Shown: in pieces, positions 33,894-40,590 of the stretch | Layout of the letters: the number at the start of each line of letters is the position of its first letter | How positions within the stretch are numbered: the stretch's first letter is position 1 | Virus record (IMG/VR): IMGVR_UViG_3300024999_000209 | Span: 1-40,590 of that record | DNA: 40,590 bases | Reading direction: 5' to 3' (one strand) | Source of the DNA: a virus | Lineage: Duplodnaviria > Caudoviricetes | Notes under the pieces: model-generated | Database searches by the model: none | The model's input: only the letters and a program-made list of their open reading frames with translations | What the model was told of the DNA's origin: nothing | Made by a program: the position numbers and the translations under genes

Positions 33894-34172
33894 CTATATC
33901 TCTTGCAGTGCGGTAAAAAACCCTTCATTAATTAAGTCCTGTGCGGTTACAATTGTTATTTGATAACCAGTTATAAATTGTTGCTGTTGTTCTAAAGTCA
34001 GCTCGTTTTTTCTTTCGTCTACTCGCCTAAATATAGCGGTACCGTCAGATAATTCAATAATGTTATTATCCCAACAAATGGTTCCATCTTTAGGTAAGCC
34101 GCCAAGCTCCCTGATTTTTTGCTCTGCTGCTATTGCTATGTTTATATTTGGAAATCTATAAAATTCAAGCAT
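33894..34172 (-). CDS. Putative tail fibre chaperone/accessory protein (start MLEFYRF)
   Basis: GAGG RBS; follows the receptor-binding-like gene. Confidence 0.5.
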   Translation of the reverse strand: MLEFYRFPNINIAIAAEQKIRELGGLPKDGTICWDNNIIELSDGTAIFRRVDERKNELTLEQQQQFITGYQITIVTAQDLINEGFFTALQEI

Positions 34173-34180
34173 TATTACCT

Positions 34181-34942
34181 CTATACCGTAGGCGGACTTG
34201 CTATATAAGGATGCTCTGCTGGTAATTGAGCAGTATAACCAAAAGTATGGGCCGTCCATCCTTCAAGTTTTTCTTTCTCTGTAGATGTTAAAGAATCACC
34301 CAATAATAAAAGATAGTACATATCGCCACCGTAGCCGAAGTTATTTTCTCCACCCCTACGACCAATATATACAATATTCTGGTTGTTAACCCATTCAAAA
34401 AGACCAAAATTGTTTGAATGGTAATCTGATGTAGTATGGTTTTCAGCATTACTTGACCATGCATCACCAGCAATAGCATATTTACCCTGCGCAGTCCCTG
34501 CATTATCAAAAGATATAGAATTTGCGCCTATTCCAGAAGAGCCACCTAAAAATAATTCGCCTATTAAATTGGTGGCTCCTGAGGCCACAGAGTTAACTTT
34601 ATCAGCTCCACTGATATTTGCGTAGACAAGTGCAATCGTTTTAACAGAAGAAGTGCCTATATCAAAATAGTCACCATAACTGACCAGACTACCGCCTGTA
34701 AAAGTAACTTTTTCATTCACGCTATCCCAATTTGCCTGATAAGTACCTGAACTTTGCGTTATATGGTTTGTTCCGTAAATATCATTCCACTGGGAAATAT
34801 TTCCGCTGCTCTCAATACCTTGGAAGCTTCCGCCGCTTGCTACCGAAATATATCCGCCGATAATATTATCTAGCTGTGCAGGTGTCCAGAGGGTGCTGGC
34901 AGGCTTAATAAACCCCTGAAAACTTGGTATTACAAAGCTCAT
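34181..34942 (-). CDS. Lectin/LamG-like tail receptor-binding protein
   Basis: WTP.QL, ISQW.D..G.NH.TQ, IG.R, L...E..KLEG..AH......LP..HPY...PP. Confidence 0.65.
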   Translation of the reverse strand: MSFVIPSFQGFIKPASTLWTPAQLDNIIGGYISVASGGSFQGIESSGNISQWNDIYGTNHITQSSGTYQANWDSVNEKVTFTGGSLVSYGDYFDIGTSSVKTIALVYANISGADKVNSVASGATNLIGELFLGGSSGIGANSISFDNAGTAQGKYAIAGDAWSSNAENHTTSDYHSNNFGLFEWVNNQNIVYIGRRGGENNFGYGGDMYYLLLLGDSLTSTEKEKLEGWTAHTFGYTAQLPAEHPYIASPPTV

Positions 34943-35391
34943 GCCGCCGTATCCCCGCCTAATAATACATTGTTAGTTGCATAAACATACAGAGAGGCCG
35001 CCGCATACTGCCCCGCTGTTTTCGTATGGGTTTGCCTATTCCTTAAAGTCATTGAACCCGACCCCGCAAATGTCACCTGGCCGGCTCCGATCTGAATTAC
35101 AGTGCAGGAGAATTCAGCGGCTAATGTATCAGGAATAGTTATAGTAATTGCGCTGGCATTGCTTGCCGTGATTACTTTGCCGTTGTCTATGGCTTGTATA
35201 GTGTATGTGGTGCCTGTTTGGGCGTTGGCGTCGCCCCACTCAATATTAGCAACGTTATTAAGATTTAAACCGGCCTTTAAATCAATTAGTAATATTTTTT
35301 TATCAGCGGTGGGCTGGCCTATATGGATATAATCAGCGTTTATATCAAGAGATGCCGCTGCGCTTAATGCAGTTATTCTTATATCAGCCAT
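34939..35391 (-). CDS. Tail fibre component
   Basis: MAD.RITAL, N.QTGTTYT....D.GK, IQ.GAGQVT, L.GD.A motifs. Confidence 0.7.
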   Translation of the reverse strand: MADIRITALSAAASLDINADYIHIGQPTADKKILLIDLKAGLNLNNVANIEWGDANAQTGTTYTIQAIDNGKVITASNASAITITIPDTLAAEFSCTVIQIGAGQVTFAGSGSMTLRNRQTHTKTAGQYAAASLYVYATNNVLLGGDTAA

Positions 35392-35686
35392 TTATTTCCC
35401 TCACTGACTCCTCAAGTAAATTATTTAACAATTGCTTGAACTTTCTATAATCCTCCGGCTTTGGCGAACGTGCGAGCCTGTCAAGCTCGACGGGCAGCTC
35501 TTTTAATTCATCAATCTTGCGCAGTACGAAGTTCTTTTTTAATGATCCCTGCCCTTTTCCATAGAACAGATACTCTGCATTGACACAGTGCCGCTTAATC
35601 AGTTCTCTGGTGTCTTTGTGAGGCTTTAGTTTATTATTCAGCCATAAAACCCCACGGATGAACGTGGGGAAGTGTTTTTTAAGCAT
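35384..35686 (-). CDS. LL-H-holin-like soluble domain
   Basis: AE.LF.G.G.G..KK..V and LEESV.E.N motifs; no clear TM. Confidence 0.5.
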   Translation of the reverse strand: MLKKHFPTFIRGVLWLNNKLKPHKDTRELIKRHCVNAEYLFYGKGQGSLKKNFVLRKIDELKELPVELDRLARSPKPEDYRKFKQLLNNLLEESVREING

Positions 35687-35689
35687 AAT

Positions 35690-35809
35690 TTACTCCAATA
35701 AAAGTATTAGTTTATTGTTCTCGTGGTCAACAATATAGTTGCCGCTATGGTCGACCATGAAATAATTTGAGACTACGTTATGATATATTCTCCGCCATAA
35801 AAACAGCAT
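35690..35809 (-). CDS. 39-aa tail peptide
   Basis: ...FMVDHSGNYIVDHENNKLILLLE. Confidence 0.5.
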   Translation of the reverse strand: MLFLWRRIYHNVVSNYFMVDHSGNYIVDHENNKLILLLE

Positions 35810-35810
35810 T

Positions 35811-36125
35811 CTAGCCGCCTATAAATGATATAGCGGCGTTGCTTGCAAGCGCACGGCCTAGAATATCAGCTAAGTTATCACAAGGTATAAATATAGGCGC
35901 ATCTGTGGAGGCAAGTGCATAGCCGTCAGTATCATCAACACCCACGCCGCCAAGATATACCGTTCCTGTTGTTGTTTTTACGTTAACGCCCTGCTTTAAT
36001 ACCGTGCTATCTCCTATGGACACAGCGGTCCCAGGGGCTAAAAATGTTTTTCTACCATGTACTACTGAATCAGGGGTTATGCCCTCCTGTACGGCGTTTT
36101 TCATTGAGTCAAATCCCATTACCAT
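35811..36125 (-). CDS. Small beta-rich virion protein
   Basis: VYLGG..V....GY.L motif. Confidence 0.6.
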   Translation of the reverse strand: MVMGFDSMKNAVQEGITPDSVVHGRKTFLAPGTAVSIGDSTVLKQGVNVKTTTGTVYLGGVGVDDTDGYALASTDAPIFIPCDNLADILGRALASNAAISFIGG

Positions 36126-36128
36126 AAT

Positions 36129-36497
36129 TTATACTCCTTGTAATAAACTAATAAACTTTGTTCTAATGTCTTTTAATTTTGTTGTTGTAAGTTCTGCGGT
36201 CTGCATTGTTTCTAATGCTCCTGCAATATCGCCACTATTAAGGCAGGCCTCCACCTCTTCCTTAATAGGTTTAAATTGAGCTTTCAGCCCCCTATCAATT
36301 TTTTCCCACTCAAGTAATAGTATTGCCTTTTGGGATTCTAAAGCCTGTTTCGCCTCATATTCTGCCTTCAATGTAGCATTCTCTTTCCATCCTAATTTCC
36401 AAATGTCACCTATTAAAACAGGCACGCCAACGTGATAAAACGGCTCCGGTTTATTTAAATAATCTTTTTCCTGTATATACCCTTTGTCAGTGTGCAT
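36129..36497 (-). CDS. Hypothetical protein, possible fibre chaperone
   Basis: Coupled to the tail fibre gene. Confidence 0.55.
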   Translation of the reverse strand: MHTDKGYIQEKDYLNKPEPFYHVGVPVLIGDIWKLGWKENATLKAEYEAKQALESQKAILLLEWEKIDRGLKAQFKPIKEEVEACLNSGDIAGALETMQTAELTTTKLKDIRTKFISLLQGV

Positions 36498-37612
36498 TAT
36501 GGCCTCCGTGATAATTGATAACCTCTAATAAAAATTTGCAAGCTTGGGCCTGCTGTTATTGCGTTACTTACTCTGTATCTGATTTGACTACTTGCGTCAC
36601 ATTGGAGCAACATTTGGCCTTGTGCGTGGTTAGAGTCTGATTCCGCGGTATATACACTTGCTGACGCCGCGGTATCAGTTTGACTGGTTTCTGTTATAAG
36701 AATAAATCTAGTGTCTGTCTTTGCATCGTAATTAAAATTTATTAATACTTTAGAATTTGCAGGTGCTGTTAATGTTGCTAATTGGGCCGATGTACTGTTT
36801 GATGTTGTATCATTAACGTCCCTAATAGGAACATTGTAAATAACCTCAACCCCGCCCCCTTCTATTTCATAAGTTTTATGTCCAATAATATTACTTGAAG
36901 CATCAAGGGGGGGAAGATAGTGTATCGGCACAGCCGATATTTCATCGAATCCAGCGGCTACTACTGCGGCATCAGTTAATAAACTTGCACCTGTTACATC
37001 ATCAGTAAAACCAAAATCCACGCTGTCATCAGTAGACTTACAGAGCATAAAACCATATAAGCATTGCCCAGAAGCCAGAGTGTCATTGTCATCGAGTCCG
37101 CCTGCATCGTTGCCCGCCGCCCATGTTGCATCAATGCGTTTTGTTATTTCCGCAGTGCCAGCTTTTGAAATTATTCTTACGTTATAAGAGGCATCACGAA
37201 CCAATACATGACTCTGATAATTTGTATTAGGACTGTAAAAATTAATATCGTGGTCGGTATCGGTGTCAAGCTTGCCAATAAGGTTTTGGACGTAATTAAT
37301 ACCTGCTATAATATTTAAGTCAGCCCACTCTGGCGCTGTTGCCCCTGAGTTCATCCTATAATACTGTAAAGCAGTGCCCTTTGCTAATTTAGCAAGCGTA
37401 GTAGTGGCGGAAGCATATATTGTGTCTCCGGCAGTGTATGAGGCCAAACCAGTACCACCTTCATTAACTGGGCGGGTTTCCGTTTCCAGTGTATCCAGTC
37501 GTGTATCGTGGGCATTATGTCCCTGTCTTAATGTTTCTAAATTTGTATTTATGTCAGGAGCCTGCGCCGAAGTCCCATTAGTGAACTGCGTTAATGAACT
37601 TATTTGTGCCAA
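36497..37612 (-). CDS. Tail fibre/spike protein
   Basis: F..GT.A.A..IN.N, V..GGTG..SYT.GD..YAS....LAKL..GT, KR.DA.WAAG...GG.D. Confidence 0.75.
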   Translation of the reverse strand: MAQISSLTQFTNGTSAQAPDINTNLETLRQGHNAHDTRLDTLETETRPVNEGGTGLASYTAGDTIYASATTTLAKLAKGTALQYYRMNSGATAPEWADLNIIAGINYVQNLIGKLDTDTDHDINFYSPNTNYQSHVLVRDASYNVRIISKAGTAEITKRIDATWAAGNDAGGLDDNDTLASGQCLYGFMLCKSTDDSVDFGFTDDVTGASLLTDAAVVAAGFDEISAVPIHYLPPLDASSNIIGHKTYEIEGGGVEVIYNVPIRDVNDTTSNSTSAQLATLTAPANSKVLINFNYDAKTDTRFILITETSQTDTAASASVYTAESDSNHAQGQMLLQCDASSQIRYRVSNAITAGPSLQIFIRGYQLSRRP

Positions 37613-37624
37613 TTTTATTCTCCT

Positions 37625-37882
37625 TTATGAATCGGTATGACCTGTGTATAATCCGTTTTTAAAATGTAGAGTCCTAGTGCCTCCTCCAACTTTAACCACT
37701 GCAACGTCAGCGGTAGCCCCGGCGGTGCCGTCGGTAGCTTTGAGATCGTCCCACTCAATGCCGGACTCGTCCGTTTTGACAAATGCGGTCTTTCCGGCGT
37801 TGGCCCGGTAATCGTCCACGTCGGGGAGGTGGTATATTTTGCTATATACCGTGTTTAGGTTTTTGCGGTCGAAACTTGTCAT
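37625..37882 (-). CDS. Small virion protein
   Basis: C-terminal TL.F.NGL.TG motif. Confidence 0.6.
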   Translation of the reverse strand: MTSFDRKNLNTVYSKIYHLPDVDDYRANAGKTAFVKTDESGIEWDDLKATDGTAGATADVAVVKVGGGTRTLHFKNGLYTGHTDS

Positions 37883-37934
37883 TTATTTATCTTTTTTGTG
37901 GTAAAGTGATTTATATTAAAATTTGAGGTGTGCT

Positions 37935-38057
37935 GTGGAATGGCATTATATTTTGTTTATATTTGCTGCTATTGCTTTTAACCAAAGCTTGTTTAAAGTA
38001 TTGGATAGCATAAACACTAAGTTATCTTTGATTTACAAAAAACTTGATGAGCAGTAA
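37935..38057 (+). CDS. 40-aa antisense cassette membrane peptide
   Basis: GTG after GAGGTG; upstream TGTGGTAAAGT extended -10; hydrophobic N-terminus. Confidence 0.5.
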   Translation: MEWHYILFIFAAIAFNQSLFKVLDSINTKLSLIYKKLDEQ

Positions 38058-38077
38058 GAATAAAGGAGTGTACGCCG

Positions 38078-38329
38078 ATGGAAGAAAAAGAGGGAAAAGG
38101 TTTATCAAAATACATTAATCCGCCTGATGAGTGGTTTCATTACCCGCAATTTGAAAGCGTAAACGGGTTCATGACTCATTTATTTTTTATAGGCTTTATG
38201 GTTTCAAATTTTAGCTACCCGGACTATAAATGGTATTGGCTTTGGGGTGGGTTTGCTTGGATTATTGGTTATTCTATATATGAAAAATTAAAAAATCAGG
38301 GTGATGCCGGGGCAGTCAATAAAGATTGA
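38078..38329 (+). CDS. Antisense cassette two-TM membrane protein
   Basis: AAGGAG RBS; two hydrophobic aromatic-rich segments. Confidence 0.65.
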   Translation: MEEKEGKGLSKYINPPDEWFHYPQFESVNGFMTHLFFIGFMVSNFSYPDYKWYWLWGGFAWIIGYSIYEKLKNQGDAGAVNKD

Positions 38330-39954
38330 ACAAGGGCTTTCCTTGCATATTCCTGTCCTTGAGGTGATTGTAATAGTTGATTAATTGCACCCGGAAGCTG
38401 TACACCTAATGCGCCTTGTACTTTTGGTGAAGTTAAAGGCAGCAAAAGCGGGTTAACTGCACCTACTCCAAAAAGCCTTAAAACATTACCGTAACCCTGG
38501 TCACTACCAGAACCACCGCCACGGCCGGGAAAGATTTTTTCAAAAGCTCGTCTTGCTATTAAGTCCTCAGTTTCATCCATGAATTTAAGATTATCAGGTG
38601 AAATTGCGTCTAATTCGCGGAATAAATCATTATAACCATCTCTAATATTAGCGTCGCTGTCTATATTTTGAAGCGTTCTGTTTATACTTGTGTCTTTTAA
38701 TTTAGTTTTTAATCTACCCTGTAAGTCTTTAGCCTGCTTATAGCCCGCCTTGGCTGTTTTAAAATTCTCAGGAAGCATTTTTTGTATTTCATCACCTATT
38801 TTTCCCAAAACATAATCGCCTGAGTCAGAAGTCGTCTTAACCCGGTTTATATCATTTTTTGTTAACCCTTGTATTTTGGTTAAAATATTATCCAAGTCAT
38901 CAACATAAGCACTACTAGAAAGCAGTTCTTTTATTTCGTTAATTTCTTTAACATCAGATTTATCAAGTCTTGATATACCTGATCTCGAAGTGTTTTCTGT
39001 TATTAATTCATCAATTTTGTTAATTACAGGAGCAACATCCACATTATCAGGAATGCTTTTTAATGCTCGTCTTTGTTGCCCTGTAGCCTGTCCTGTTATT
39101 CTTTTTAAGTTATTCATAGCATCCTGCGCTCTTATGCCAAGCTCGTCAACCTTGCCCATTGGGTCAAATTTTCCTTTAAAAATAGATTGCCCAGCCATTT
39201 CTTTTTGCAATGCCCGTTCGGTATATTCTCTTGGAACGCCTGACAACAACTCATTTGCAAAAGAATAAGTTTTACCAACAGGTTTCCCGATTAAATTTGC
39301 AATAGCCGGAGCGGCTGCAAAACCTCCGGCAACTCCACCGCCAAGTAATGCACCTTCTTTTACCCCTTTTATTAGATCTTCGCCTTTAAAAGCGTTTTCA
39401 GCACCGCCCACAAGTCCGCCTTGATATACTCCTGACAATAAATTATTTACTAATTGCGCACCTTTGAACCCACGTGCTAAATTTGCGCCCGGTAGGGCAA
39501 AATAGGCCACTTGTCTTGACATTTCCGCTGCTGGCTTTGTTATTTCTGGATTAGTTGCAGTATTTACTATTTTTTGAACGGGATTCTTGCTCCCAGCGGT
39601 TCCCATATTTAACAGCTTAAATAACAAAGGGCTGCCAAATTCAGGTTTTACATTCTTCTCAACTCCACCCACAAGCGGCGCATACTCTTTGTTAAGCTCG
39701 TCTATTTGCGCTAATTGCCTGTTTGCTTCATCGATATTGCCCTGAGCGTATGCAATAGGTTCATACGGCATTTCTTCTGACTTTTGATTGATATAATTTT
39801 CCATGTCAGCCGGCGGCTCGGGGAGCCTCTCGGGTGCTTGACTTTCAGGTATATCATAACCTTTAGTGCGCAGCGTTGCAAAAGCTTCTTCTTTGGTTAT
39901 ACCTTCTTCTTTTGCTCTTTTTAAAAAAGATATTGCCTTTTCGTCAAATTCCAT
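38296..39954 (-). CDS. Large internal virion/DNA ejection protein
   Basis: 552 aa, Gly/Ala-rich hydrophobic stretches, helical; synteny. Confidence 0.65.
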   Translation of the reverse strand: MEFDEKAISFLKRAKEEGITKEEAFATLRTKGYDIPESQAPERLPEPPADMENYINQKSEEMPYEPIAYAQGNIDEANRQLAQIDELNKEYAPLVGGVEKNVKPEFGSPLLFKLLNMGTAGSKNPVQKIVNTATNPEITKPAAEMSRQVAYFALPGANLARGFKGAQLVNNLLSGVYQGGLVGGAENAFKGEDLIKGVKEGALLGGGVAGGFAAAPAIANLIGKPVGKTYSFANELLSGVPREYTERALQKEMAGQSIFKGKFDPMGKVDELGIRAQDAMNNLKRITGQATGQQRRALKSIPDNVDVAPVINKIDELITENTSRSGISRLDKSDVKEINEIKELLSSSAYVDDLDNILTKIQGLTKNDINRVKTTSDSGDYVLGKIGDEIQKMLPENFKTAKAGYKQAKDLQGRLKTKLKDTSINRTLQNIDSDANIRDGYNDLFRELDAISPDNLKFMDETEDLIARRAFEKIFPGRGGGSGSDQGYGNVLRLFGVGAVNPLLLPLTSPKVQGALGVQLPGAINQLLQSPQGQEYARKALVQSLLTAPASP

Positions 39955-40580
39955 TATAAACTATCCCATAATTCATCTGCTGACATTCTCTTTTTAGGTT
40001 GTACTGCTGGCCGTGCTGGGGCATTATACTTTTGTTGTATTTTGGACTGCTGTGATTTAATGTTATTTATTTTCTGATTAATAAACGCATCTAATACTGC
40101 ATTTTTTTCTTCAGGGGATTTGTTTAAATCGCCCAATGTTCTTTTGAGGGATTCGCCCTCTTGAAGCGTAAATTGCGCTCCGAACGTATCCCTTAACAAA
40201 GGCAGTATCTGGTTGTTTATAATGGCTTCATATTCTGTTCTGGCGACTGCACCCTCTCCAACTGGCATTCCAAGCTGTCTTTTTGCTTCATCAGATAGTT
40301 GCCCTATTTTTGTATAAGTTGCTTTGCCTGATAATTGTTTTAATTTATTAATAGTAGAAAGAAGTTCAGGCATTTTAGAGGTCATACTGGTGTATTCGTC
40401 TACATCTTTAACTTTTTCGCCTGCAAATTTCTTTGCTTCCTCGACATCGGAAATAGTCCCCGGCGCACCCAGTTGTCCTTTTATTTTACCTTTCTCTTTT
40501 TCACTTTCTATTATTGCGGCTGTTGGTATAGTTCCCATGCCTTTACCTGATGCGGTGGCATAAGATTGACCATATAATGC
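39954..40580 (-). CDS. C-terminal part of the origin-spanning ejection protein
   Basis: In frame with 702..124; LR.TFGAQFT..EG..L...L motif. Confidence 0.75.
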   Translation of the reverse strand, partial: ALYGQSYATASGKGMGTIPTAAIIESEKEKGKIKGQLGAPGTISDVEEAKKFAGEKVKDVDEYTSMTSKMPELLSTINKLKQLSGKATYTKIGQLSDEAKRQLGMPVGEGAVARTEYEAIINNQILPLLRDTFGAQFTLQEGESLKRTLGDLNKSPEEKNAVLDAFINQKINNIKSQQSKIQQKYNAPARPAVQPKKRMSADELWDSL

Positions 40581-40581
40581 C
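40456..40581. repeat. Terminal direct repeat, right copy
   Basis: Identical to 2-127. Confidence 0.95.
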
Positions 40582-40590
40582 ACCGCATCA

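Noticed and set aside
40548-40590. Terminal fold-back: the last 14 nt (ATGCCACCGCATCA) are the reverse complement of 40548-40561, suggesting a hairpin telomere
   Set aside because: It departs from the intact copy at 128 onward, falls mid-gene at an ATGCC microhomology, and no protelomerase is present. Most likely a chimeric read or assembly tip. The GTG start at 40583 is therefore spurious
1-40590. Alternative genetic code or stop-codon recoding
   Set aside because: Core genes are full length under the standard code with all three stops in use, and there is no suppressor tRNA

Overview
The window is an apparently complete, circularly permuted, AT-rich podovirus-like dsDNA phage genome of about 40,454 bp. 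Positions 2-127 are repeated at 40456-40581, so the ORF at the right end joins an unlisted ORF starting at 702. Most genes are on the - strand. They comprise a cro-led early/replication operon (heptad-repeat protein, SSB-like protein, RuvC-like resolvase, HNH, O-like initiator with iterons, DnaB, DUF5131, Dam-type MTase) and a late operon (TerS, PBSX-type TerL, signal-peptide-bearing fibre-like protein, portal, scaffold, P22-like capsid, tail tube and ejection proteins, fibres, M15 endolysin). There is a cI/cro switch and a second XRE switch, but I see no integrase. The most notable observations are: (1) a divergent mini-rep / HTH-coiled-coil par-like module with internal 11-bp repeats, an RBS-sequestering leader and a candidate antisense RNA, suggesting a phage-plasmid with a very small replicon; (2) antisense gene cassettes in the virion operon that share a near-identical 32-bp promoter/RBS block and a 20-bp junction, so that three unrelated proteins all end in LTEVR; (3) structured noncoding leaders, one with a tRNA-like fragment; (4) a stand-alone peptide resembling the toxin-binding tail of DUF1778 antitoxins. 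All family assignments come from motif recognition by eye, not from database searches.
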